Part shown: positions 13,458 through 24,854 of the stretch, one piece after another
Numbering within the stretch: the stretch's first letter is position 1
Layout of the letters: each line of letters opens with the position of its first letter
Source of the DNA: Fonticula alba ATCC 38817
Taxonomy: Eukaryota > Protista > Nucleariida
Length of the DNA stretch: 64,000 nt
NCBI GenBank assembly: GCA_000388065.2
Contig: KB932204.1
Strand: one strand, 5' to 3'
Translations under genes and position numbers: made by a program
The notes under the pieces: generated by a model
The model's input: the letters and a program-made list of their open reading frames with translations, nothing else
Databases searched by the model: none
What the model was told of the DNA's origin: nothing

Positions 13458-14854
13458 AGTGGAGGGGGCCGGCCGGCCGGCCGCCGAGGAGAGAAGGGGC
13501 GAGGCAGGGGAGAGGGATAGAGGGGCGAGAGCGTCGGATCCCTGGCCACGGGGGCGCGTCAAGAAAGGCATCGGCCGCAGGCGGACTGTGGTTCTTTAGC
13601 GTCGAACGACGGCCGCCTCGCACTCGTCGGCGCATTCGGTCGCGGCGGACACCGCAGAGAACCCCCTCAGCAAATTGAGTCACTCTCCAGGGTGGGAAGC
13701 CACACGCGCTCTTGATGCACTTGGTTACAACGAACTCCATTCCTTCGAAGGGAGAACACACCGAGGAAGGCACGGCATGGGGCCCACCGGGCTCGGCCCA
13801 TGCGGGGGGCCCAAGCGGGGAAGGGAGATGCGACCATGCGCTGGGTCTTCGAATTGGGCCTCCAGCCCAGATCAGGATCACAAAACACACCTCGTGCTGG
13901 CCACCGGCTCGGCTCGATGAGTCCCCCTCGGCAGTCCTATGCCATCCAAGAGCGTGGCTGAAACACCAGTTGGGCCGTCTCCAGGGCTTCCTCCCGGACC
14001 CGGCTCGAACATGGCTCGACACTCATTCCTGTGTGAGTGTCGGCCAACCTATCGACGGCCGGGCAGCCCGCCTCAACCAGCTGGATGTGACATATGCCCG
14101 GGACCTACAAACAGGCGATGCATACACAGAGAGCTCATCGGGCAAGGACGCTTCACCGGGAAAGCATCTCTCAACGTTTCACTCCAGAGAGGGAGTGATG
14201 GATACATAAGACCTAGTGGGGCAGGCACTCCACACATGATGACTGGCAGGGGCCCAGTGTAGTTGTAGTCATAACGAAAAGACTGCCAACGATTGGTCCC
14301 CGGAAGTCCCGGCGCATTTGACCAACCACTAACCTAGTTTCCCGGTTGGTTAGTCAGATAATTCTTAAACTGACACCCCCATGTTGCGGCGTAGCATGGA
14401 CGAAGAGAGCTCACCAGACGACGGTCATTTTGTTTCCAGGATCCATTTCATTAAATGTTTATTACTCCAGGGCTTCTACGGGCGAATATATTCCCTGAGA
14501 CCAACGCACATGTGTCCATGCCATATCATTGGCAACACGTGGATGCCTGGAAACGAGGGCATCTCCGAAACCCGACCCGTATCGCCGATGGTCTTCGATC
14601 GTACTTATGAGTCGTGGGATCATCATAATAATCGTTGCTTTTTTATATTCATCATCATCATCATCATCGCATACAGGTGTTGTGCCTTGTGTGTTGAACG
14701 ACTAGCCTCAGAGTGCTTTGGGAGACGATGGATGCAAGTAGTTCATAAACGCACACATATCGAGTGGGTGTCGAGATGCAAGGGCCAAGTAAGGATCGTG
14801 GCGAATAGGGACGGATGAGGTACAGACCAAGGTCAGATGTCAGGGCTGCAGGGG

Positions 14855-14953
14855 TATAAAAGGAGGCACGATTGAGGACAGGTCAAAACATAAAAGGGGC
14901 ATCTTCCTCTCATTCCCCTCATTCCCCTCATTTCCCTCATTTCCCTCATTCCC
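14855..14953 (+). promoter_or_regulatory. Putative Pol II promoter: TATAAAAG (14855-14862), CATAAAAG (14889-14896) and five tandem 9-mers CTCATT(C/T)CC (14909-14953)
   Basis: Seen directly upstream of the PIN nuclease gene. Each 9-mer fits the YYANWYY initiator consensus. A candidate 5'-UTR intron lies at 15010-15142 (GTAACA...GACTAAC...TTACAG). Confidence 0.5.
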
Positions 14954-15158
14954 CCACTCCCTAAGTCAGAAATAATTCGTCTTCTTCAAATCCATCAAGG
15001 ATAGTCTAGGTAACATTTCTGAAGATAAACACACAATCCCATCCGCCCACAATATTCTTACTCCTGACTTGGAACTTGTCTTTGGCCTGGTTGCGATGGT
15101 CCATCTTTCGGAACACGACTAACGTACTGTCATATATTACAGCAAGGCCACCCCGAAG

Positions 15159-18100
15159 ATGGGAATTCCCTTTCTACACTCTCTCCTTGATGATTCGGAC
15201 AAAGCTAAAACGACCCTGAAAGAACACCTACGATTGACGGCCAACCCGAGCAATGGTGAGTCCCCAAAAAAAGAATCGAATGTTAAAGAATCTTCGGAAA
15301 GTTTAATGTGGCCACTTCCAGTGGACGTGAGCAATATTTCTTATTCAATCATGGAGCATAAATTCAAAAAGGGGAATGAGCTTATTAAATTAGGCAGATG
15401 TCCTCATCTGATTGAGAAGTTTATCTTGTCTTTCATCGATTTTCTTTCAAAAGATAATGTATGTAATCAGCATTCTCCACTTCGAATGTCCTATCGGTTA
15501 TGATATTTGCTAAACCACAGTCTTATTTCAAGTTTCATCCCATTTTCGTGACCGACGGCTTGCGTCCTAAGAGCAAAATGAATAGTGACCCTCGGATCGA
15601 CAAGAGCAATGACACATATTCGTTGTGTGAAGATGGGAAATATAAATCGCCAGAAAGGTACTCGCGTATCCCCAATATGTATCAACCCAACATGATTACA
15701 TTGATCAAGGCTTAATTACCAATTTGAACTGACTCTCCCAAATTAATTACAACTAAGCGGAAGCACGTCAAGGGCCATTGTAGGTGAACCTGCCTCGGAA
15801 GATCCCCCTCCGTCTTCTTCGAAGCCGATAAAACTAGGACAGGGTCCATCGGACGAAGATCTTAATCAATTGGCTTCCTTAAAAAATGGGATGCCTCATT
15901 TGATAAGAATTATTATTTGGCACCTCTCGACCAAAGAGCAACTGTTCCCAAAAAAGTTAACATTCGTCAATTCAGCAGTCGAAGCTGATGATTTATTGAC
16001 GGAGCTGAGTCTAGATTTCGGCATTCCTGTTTTAAGGTCCGTGAACTCGCGTTTTTCCATTGATGGAGGCCATTGTTTGAATCAATCAGCGTCTGACTCT
16101 CATGAATCATTAATTGGTTTATCAGCGGTGATACGGATTTCTTGATCCGCGGTGAAGGCTTCATACCTATGAGTTCCATTTTGCAAAAGGTCGTATTGGA
16201 TGAGAATGAGCAGTTTAATTTCAACGCCTCCTCGATATTGGACATGGATTGCTATTCAACGAAAAAGGTCTTTTCGCAAGGTGCGCTATGAAACCGAGAG
16301 AATGGCTTCGCTGTTTAGTCGAGATTCTCAACTAACATATTAAAAGAGTTGAGCCGGAAGACCCCATGGATTCCCTTGTTTCTTGGAAGCGACCATGGAC
16401 CGCCAGATCCTTTGGTCATTGAGTCGACAATTGGATTGATCTTAAAACAGGTGGTTGAGTCGGTTAAGAACAAACACACGACATCTACGTGTAAATCGAC
16501 TGATGATTCGATCGAAGAAACAATTCTACATGTGATCGATTTAACACGACAAAAAATTACGAACATTAAAACAGATACCAAAAAAAAGTTAAAGGAGAAA
16601 CAGTCGGAAGCAAGAAAAAGGGGATTTGGTGTGGCATTGACATACTTAGAAGGTAAACCTAATGGCGAAATCAAAACCGATACTCAAGGCAATAATGAGT
16701 CGGCCAAGACGCCATTGGGAGAGGCAATCAAACTTATAAGCAACAAGATTATCATGCTTTTGGTTGAAAGCCATATGGAATCATTTAAGAAAGAATTAGG
16801 CAGTCTAGTGAGAAATAAGTATTGTGGGGCGATAAAAGCGGCAGAGATAAATAATCAGCCCTGTAAATATGTCAAGGCAGCAATCGAGCCTTCAATCGAA
16901 GAAGGAGTCCTAGCTGGGATCAATTGGTTAAAGCATGAACTATGCTCTTCTATAAAACCCGAAGAAATTGCAGACGCGATCTATCGTGAGATCATGCACC
17001 AGACGGATGTCAGCAGAAAGAGTGGCTGTGAAGCAATGACAAGGGAGCTCGGAGTGGCAATCAGAGATACAGTCGATGAAATGGTTGATGATATTATTGG
17101 GTTAGGCCAGTTGGGAGATCACTTAAAAAATGCAAAAGAATGTTACGACGCCCCAGATGGAGACTATGTCAAAGCCAAACCAAAGGCGAGGTATGGTCGG
17201 AAGCATCCTGGATTCAACCTCGATTATCTCTCCATAATCCTTCATCGGCTCCCATATTTCTCAAGCAATTACGGTGGCTTGGAAAAAGACAAACTTTCCG
17301 CGGATTCTCGAAGTGAAAACATAATCATTGTGGATGATAACCATCGGCAAAATATCTCAAACCACCTGAGCGGTCTCCTGGGGCATAAAATTATGGACAG
17401 AATCCTGGCCGGGAGACGCTCGGATCCCCTAAAAATGAACAAAGAACAACAAACCAAGAAAATCCGTGAAGGGCATTGTAATGATTGCCTTCAGCTTCAG
17501 TTTTTAAGACCTGAACAATCCATCCCACGAGATATTAACCTGGAACTGACGTCGTCAATTTGTATTTACTATTCAGCTCTTAAATTATACATTCGTAGCT
17601 TGTTTGACAATAGTCGCTACTCGACTCTGGAAATTATGAAAAAGGTTCATAAGTTATGGCTGACCGAAATACAGATGTTGAAAGCACAATTGATCATAGC
17701 TTTAAAAACACAGAGCGGAAGTATTAATTTCCAAAGAAATGGCTCCATTTCGGAGATTGATTTTGATAGGCGCATAACCGCGATTGAACACTTTGTCCGG
17801 GAGGGCAATCCTTTAAGTTATGTATGCGACAATGTATCACGGAATGAGCATCGGCGGATTTTGTTTGCAGTCATCTATGTTTGCGATTTCATGATTGAGA
17901 CAGTTGCATTATCTGTGTGTGTGGTCTTGGGATTATATGGATACCAACAGTCTGCGAGAGTTGAAGCAGTAAAGTCAGGATTAAATGAAACTCTTACTAA
18001 TATTACCTATGCTTTAGCAAAGGTATCCTACGTCTTTCAACAACAATTTACGTTTAAGTATAACCGGAGTGTCCACAGTCAGATCTGGACTCTTCAATTT

Positions 18101-19957
18101 AAAATCTCTTCGGGCAACCTTCTCCAATGGATAGACGAAAAAGACTACCAGGCTATGTATTCCGAGGTTTCTGCGGTCTCCATGGATCAAAATAAAGCAC
18201 CATCAATCGTTATGAGCAATGTCTCAAATCGCAGTCTTGCGTCAAACGATAAATGTAAAACGTGTGTGTTTATTAGAAACAATATCCCAAGGGAGAAAAC
18301 TCATATGCTGTGGGCTCCTAATAATTCTGACAATGGAGATGGTCCGACCATCTGGGATCCTACTCGGCTATCACGCTTCCTTTCTTATTTGGTCTGGTCA
18401 ATCAACGAGTTTTTTCCCGTGACACATGTGGAAATGCACCAATTCCATGCGGACTCGGAGAAAAGGATTGTCTACAATATTTTCAATCGTAGTTGTATGT
18501 CGATTGGCGACTATGATTCGATGAAAAAGAATGAAATTTATTCCAAGACTATCGAAAATCGCAAGTTTTTTTCTGCGCTTGGCAATAATGATAAAGAACT
18601 AGGAGTTGCCTCATGTCTCGAGAGAAACTGGAAAGAACTGGACGAGATGTCATGGGAAAGAACAAATGCCAACTGTAAGGATATGAACTTTTCAACCCAA
18701 GACCGTGATATCTTAAACAACAGTTTACGTGATATGGAATCAGAGTGGTTTATGATGAGTGTTCCAAAGGATCGCCAAACTCATCCTGATTATCCGGCTA
18801 ATATGCTTTGTTATACTCTGATAAATTTCTTGCTTCAGAATCAAGGTCAAACGATCGATCGTATTCATCTGGCATTCATCATCATGCCATATCTCAACAA
18901 TATCAGTCTGCTCAAAATTAAAAACAGACTTGTGAAACTTAAATTGAGGCAAAAAGAAGATGGCCAACTTTCTATCCGTTTCTCTTCAAATCCTTATGCC
19001 CATGAGAAAATTATCACACACCCAGATGCCAAATCCGTTCTCAGCATTTACAATATGGTGATTCTTATTTGTTTAATGAGGGGGAATTCGACCGACAACA
19101 CATTGACTCTAAAGTCATTTCTCAAGGAGGTAAATCTCACCGGCCCAGTTCTAAATTCAGCTGTCGCGTTATTGGAAAATCCAGATTGGCTAAAGCTCTC
19201 TGACGGAGACTATCAGAGTGACTTGGATGTGGTTCTCACTTGGTGCCTACGGAATGTGGAAAGAGAATTCATTGATGGTAGGATCACAAGAATTGGCCGC
19301 CTCTCTCGGGGCGGATTCATTAACAACCATTTCCCGGACCTCATAAGCACTTACCAGAGTCTGAATCTCAACCAAGAACATAATGTGCTCAATGATGAAT
19401 CCAAGCCCGACTGCCCCTCTAATGTAACCATCATTTCTGATTTCGACCGTTTATATAAATCCATCTTGACATCCGAGTCTCCCTTATCAGATCAAGTTAA
19501 ATCCTCTTTTAACAAGATTACAACTAGAATGCTAAATTTTCCTACCATTGAGGAAAATCTTTCAATCTCTCGCCAGGCTCTTTCCCTTATGTCTACCAAC
19601 AAAGACACTATCAACATGACGGACTGTTCCAAGGAGCTCTTGCGACCTTTTTTATCATCATTAGCAGAATATGTTCTCGGGATCAAGGATATGGGGTCGA
19701 AAAACCATCAATTCTCATTTGATCAATATTACCTCGGTCTGCAGTATGCCCTCGATATACCCGTTGACCAAAGAGATCGGCGCGACAAAGAGCGGCTTAT
19801 CACTGGTCTGTCATTGGCGTCCGCCACGTTGTCTTCATGGATGGATATTCATTCAGCGCTTGTTGGTCGTTGGCGGGCTTTGAATCGGACTAACGCACAA
19901 CCTACTTCCTGGGTTGCTCGTCGTCTCATTCACTTTATGAGCAAGTGGTCCTTCTAG
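15159..19957 (+). CDS. Asteroid-like (XPG/FEN1-family PIN) nuclease with a very long C-terminal extension, about 1,488 aa; exons 15159-15458, 15521-15657, 15773-16036, 16126-16280, 16347-19957
   Basis: Introns: GTATGT..GCTAAAC..CACAG, GTACTC..ACTAAG..AAG, GTCCGT..TTTATCAG, GTGCGC..ACTAAC..AAG. All phases close (4,467 nt). The spliced product gives MGIPFL, LPVDVSN, PIFVTDGLRPKSK, EADDLLTELSLDFGIPVLSGDTDFLI (spans intron 3) and LFLGSD. The exon-3 acceptor could alternatively be 15758. Confidence 0.85.
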
Positions 19958-21149
19958 GTTTTCCATCCCCTTTTTATTTTCCAGCTTTTTCTCCCAATCC
20001 TATTCTTGCCCCTTCTTCATCTACTTTTCCCCGCTTTCCCCGTTTCTTCCCTCTGTCGCCGCACTTAGCAGGCCTTGTTCTTTCCCTCCTTTTCTTTTAT
20101 CTTTTTCGCTCATTCTCTCCCATTTTTCCTCCTTTTCTCCAATGCACCCACAACCATGTCAATTGCCAGCGTATTTCCTTTTTGCCTTGCACATTGCTGT
20201 CCCCTTCATGTACTTAGCGCATTGAGACGAGTGGATGAGGGCAATGTTTTGGATGGGCATTATGTCTTTCCTTACGCATGTCTTTTATTTGAGTCTATGG
20301 CCTATCTATCCGGTTGATTATTTCGCAATTGAGTGACAGCTGAGACGGCCCCTCTGTGCCAGTGTGCCTGATAGGGTGGTGATTATCCTTTGGGGAATAT
20401 CTCAACATGGGTTGTATTTGAATCTGTCACGCGGCACTGTCCCATTCCCTGCTCCTTGAAACATCGGCTGCCATAATGTGCATCGCATCTTGGTTTCCCC
20501 GTCGGCCGGGAATGGCCGCCCCTTCCCATCCATCTCACAGCTGCAGATTGCCCGGCCAGATAGTTGTTCCCCGCTGAGACGAGACACGTTCCCACCAGGC
20601 AATAAGGGCCCGCCCCCCCCCCTCCCCCCATAGCCCGTTAGCAGTGCCAAGTCCCTGTAGAGGACGTGTCCAACATCGATCTCTGCCCCGACAGGCCACA
20701 ATCCACCGAGTCGATACGCCATGTGAGCTCTTCGATCGTGGCACAGGTCCGTAGACTCGGCGTCGTCATGAACGTCACTGACAGACTCCTTTCAAGAACA
20801 TACCGGGGGTACCTTCCTTTGCTCGCTGCCCAGGAACGTTCCTAGCGTGCCATACAGTAAATGATGCATGATACCGTGCTTATTCTTTTTACAACCCAAC
20901 ATGGCACAATGTAATGGCAGCGACATGACCACGCACCACCAGGGGGTACCGAAATTTGTCACTGCGTACTCGGCGGGGAGACGTTTATTGCAAGGCTCCC
21001 GATCTAAATGTGTACTCGATCAGTGAATTAGTTGGGGCTTGCAGCACGGAATGCCTATGGGTGTGTGGGCTGTCCGGATATAGGAATTGCACGACCTCAT
21101 ACCGCGAGACGCAGGACTGCACCACCTTGGAGTCCCTGCCCGCACCCCG

Positions 21150-22200
21150 AACATGACCAAGTTCGTGTTGTCACCATGGATGGTCGTCACTGTTGTGGGA
21201 TCGCAGCATCTAAACATGCCGGACGATCATCGCCCTTGATGATACAAGTATGGTCCCTGAAAGAAGTCCCCAAGGCATTGGGCTCATCGGGAAGGACTCT
21301 GATCGATACCATAACCGTCCTAGCCCGATGAGAAGCGCTATTCACGAAAGAGGCAAGAGACTACCGGCATCTTGTGGAACAAGCAACATTACCGACAAGT
21401 CGAATGCTGTGCAAACGTTCCTTCCATAACCATAGCTGGCATGCATCTTGACGCGCAGGCTCCCGATTCTAGATCGTCCTGCCGCTATCTGCCCACGCGA
21501 GCCACCACGAAGATGTTGCGTCGCCCGGGGAATCTCTACCTTCTCCCGGACTTAGGAGATTACGAAGATTCACTCAGGGTCGCCATCGCGGATCAGCTCC
21601 ATGACTCTCGCTAAACGTGCTTGGTACTCGTACAATCATGCACCCGGCGGCGCTGTCCAGATCCGTCACCTTGGAGGCGACAGTCGCAAAGCAAAAACGG
21701 CAGCTCGCTGCACATCGTTCATGGGCTTAGTGCGCCATGCGCCGGGCTGAGGAGTAGCCTGCAAACGCGAGGACCGCCCGGTCGACAGCGGCGTCTACCA
21801 CTCACGTCCTTGGTCTTGTATCATGCTTCCAATGGCGAGCAACACCTTGGCCATCCATCCGCACTGGGCATACCCTTGAAAGACAATGACCAATAATACC
21901 CTCCTCGAGCAGAAGATACTCCTCCCTGAGAACGATTCTCCAGTGATATATACTCTTCCGATCCCGGGAGACAGACACAAGGGAACCACACACCCGCTCC
22001 CGATGTATCTGGGGGCCTCAGTCATGTCCCACCATCGCGGGGGGCACACTCTTCCTATACAAGATCTGATTTGCCTCGGGATGCATCCGCTACACTTGAA
22101 AGCGACTGACCACGCTCTGCTGTTGACTGTGCCTCCGACTCGGAGTAGAGCATTTGGATTGAGGGACATCCAGGGGGGGGAGTCGCCAACCTTTCGGGAC
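21150..22200 (+). pseudogene. Decayed paralog of the 40.1-47.6 kb orphan gene
   Basis: Short ORFs in changing frames with stops at 21329, 21612 and 21894. Collinear motifs: TMDGRH~HVDGRQ, CRYLPT~LRLLPS, HLGHPSALGIP~LLIHPSTIDALGSP, LPMYLGASV~LPPLGAGV, DLICLGMH~DHILLGVH. Alignment by eye only. Confidence 0.5.
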
Positions 22201-23084
22201 TCCGGGCTTCTTTCTTGGTGGCAGAGCATGCGGCGCAGCATCGACGGACCGGGCACAGTGCTTCGCCGCGGCCACTGTTTGCGAACAGAATGTGCAACCT
22301 GGGCCTGGCGACAGACAGGAATCGCTCCTTTTGTCGAGCTGCGAGGCGGGCAGCATCGGCCTTCCGACGGGCCGGAATGAGGATGCCGGGCAGGCGTCAT
22401 CCCCTACAGTCGGAGGTCTCGAAAGAGAATCGGTACACAAGAGGGCATTCGCCACGAGAGGTCCGTCCTGCGCGGACGTCGACCCCCAAGCCTGGCAGTC
22501 GCCACGCATAGTGCGCCATGATCTGCTCGGGCAATCGGCCCCTCGTCCAGGGCGGAGCGCACACACTCATTGCACAAGGAAACGCCCCTTCGCCATCTCG
22601 GCGCCGACCCGAGTGCCGGGGAAGCACGCCCTTGGTCCATGGGATCCCGATCACCGAGACGGCATTTCAGATGGGCGGCCCCCAGTGTGGCCCCGCTGCC
22701 ATGTCCGATCCCGGACGGGGGCACCCGGCCGTGGCGCCGCACGTCCCCTTCGGCCAGGGTGCCCTTGCCTGCCTTGCAGCAAAACACCCCCGCAGGGACA
22801 TGCTCGCGCCGAGCTTGGCTGCACGGCGCCCGTTTCCCCCAAGTCAACCATCATGCCTGCCGGGCCAGGGACCGGGAGCATCCATACACCGGCCCGCCTC
22901 GCCCGGCGTCCGTCGCAGGGCCACCTCCCATGCCCATACTGCCCGCCGCATGTCCCGTTCCGATCTGCTCGGGGCGGGCCGGCACCTGGCACGGCACACG
23001 TGTGCCCCCACCCAAGATCCTGGGCCCAATGACTCCCCCAGGTGCGCCACGAATGACGCCGACCCGCCCTGACCTGCCCCAAGC

Positions 23085-24541
23085 CACCCGCGCCTGCCCG
23101 TCCTGCAGCAACGAACCCGGTGCCAGTGCGCTGGATCGCCGCGTTCACAAATGGCCCCCTCGGCGGGACAGAGCAGCCGCATGGGCCCATCGCACACCCC
23201 GCCTCCCAGGCACGTCGGGAGAAGGGGTCCCGGCTTCGGCGAAGCCCCTGCGCCCCGTCGGGCGACACGTGGCCCGCGTGGCAGGCAGATGGCCTTCGAG
23301 GGGGCCCACGCCCCCTGGCGACTCGTTCGCCAAGGATGCTCGCCGGGGCGCAGGGGCTTCGCCGAAGCTGGGACCCCTTCTCCCGACTTGCCCGGGCGAT
23401 CGACCGCCGGGGCCACCTCGGGGAATCCTCGCAAACACTTGCCCTATCCCCGCCCACCCGCTTCACATCCGGCCCAATATACTCAAACCAGCCCACACGG
23501 ATGTCAAGCCCGAAAGCCCCCTCGGCCCACGCGCTGATGTCCTCAGCCGGCACCACGGACCACCGACAGGCGACCCGTGTGCCGCCATGGGCTTAGTCGC
23601 TCCCGGGGGGGAACACCAGCATCAGAGGCCCCCACTTGCGCACACACACAGGGGGACGCCCCACGTGGCGCCCGATGCCGAGACCACCCCAGCTGGGCTT
23701 TTGTTATTGTTTGACGCACTCGGCGATGGCGAACATTCGCCCGAGTAAGAAACATTGGCTGCTCGGGCCCAGATGGCCCATGGTCGCTTCCCATGGCGCA
23801 ACTAAAATCACCCTCGCCATTCGCCCACCTTCTCTGACCCCGTTCAACCAACATGCGCCGAGTCGACTCCCATCGCGAAATAATCCGATTAAATAATCCT
23901 GATATTCATCGGCCGGCCCGGGGTGGCACTCCGCCGAGCGTTGGCAATCGGGGAATCATGGCACGGTCGCGGCAGTGTGGCTTTGCAGATGCCTCCCCGG
24001 TCGGCGGCCTTTCGTCGCTTCCCAGTGAGCCCTCTCCTCCTCGCCGCCGGGATGTCCCCCGTCTCATGGCACGGCATCCCCGAGAAATGGGTCTTCCTGC
24101 CGGTCGATGCGCCGATGGCGACGCAAGCCCCCTGGCTTCGAGAGGGCACTGCTGAGCCTGCCCGCGCGGTTTGTCCCATTTCCCCCCGGCCACCCACATC
24201 GTCCCGCATGGACCACCCCTGGTGGACACTCACCAGCCCCGGCCCGGTGGGTCCGTGCCCTGCCGTGACCTACCTCCCGAGCTCTCCGCGCCCGGGGCAG
24301 CCCGACTTGCCACAGCACCCAGGCAGAGACGGGATCCCGCTGACGACCAGGCGTGGCACGCCTCCCACGGTGTCCGCGGTGCCACCTCCTCAGCATCAGT
24401 CGGAGCTCGGTCCGGCTCTTCCTCGGCCTCGGCCGGCGGGAATCCCAGAGCCAGGGCCATGACCTCGACCATCCAGTGCCGTGCGCGCTGGCCCATGCCC
24501 CGGGGCTGGGATCCGAGCTCCGCGAAGGGGAGAGGGCCAAA
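23085..24541 (+). repeat. Copy 1 of a 1.45-kb GC-rich direct repeat (cut by gap 24542-24551); contains a 44-bp inverted repeat at 23214-23257 / 23344-23387
   Basis: Near-identical sequence recurs from 29438 and from 29975 to 31408. Confidence 0.9.
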
Positions 24542-24687
24542 NNNNNNNNNNTCGTCGAGGGCGTGACCAGATATGGCGGGGAGGCGACAGCAGGGGAAAA
24601 CAGAGCAGGGCGAGGCGAGGCAGGTGCGGAGAAGGTGAGCTGAGCGAAGTTCCGACGCAGCGTCGGGGGTGACATTATGGTTACAAG

Positions 24688-24854
24688 ATACAATCTCAGC
24701 GCCTGTGGGACTTTTTTAAGTCCATGTCTTCGAGCTGAGACCCAAGAGCGTTTAAGGATCCCAGGCAGGGCTTGTCAAAAATACGATCTCAGCGCCTCTG
24801 GGACTTATTCAAGCTAATGTCCTGGACCCGAGACCCAAGAGTGTTGACGGGATC
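24688..24854 (+). repeat. Two imperfect copies of a ~73-bp unit (24688-24760 and 24781-24854; period 93)
   Basis: ATACAATCTCAGCGCCTGTGGGACTT...GAGACCCAAGAGCGTT versus ATACGATCTCAGCGCCTCTGGGACTT...GAGACCCAAGAGTGTT. Confidence 0.85.

Larger units (their letters stand above)
14270..20330. other. Low-GC island 1 (about 40% GC) within GC-rich DNA; boundaries approximate
   Basis: Hand-counted 60-nt lines give 32-50% GC here versus about 80% in a flanking sample (line 10321). No N gap on either border. Confidence 0.85.

Noticed and set aside
13391-14953. Short tandem repeats as CRISPR-like arrays
   Set aside because: Units are contiguous with no spacers, there are no cas genes, and the context is eukaryotic.
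16169-16348. Stop-codon readthrough or alternative genetic code (TGA 16289 and TAG 16316 in frame with the big ORF)
   Set aside because: Both stops lie inside a 66-nt GTGCGC...ACTAAC...AAG intron (16281-16346) that restores the frame.
16349-19957. Endogenous RNA-virus polymerase or transposase reading of the 1,202-aa ORF
   Set aside because: No RdRp, RT, DDE or tyrosine-recombinase motif was recognised; the ORF is the last exon of a PIN-domain gene.
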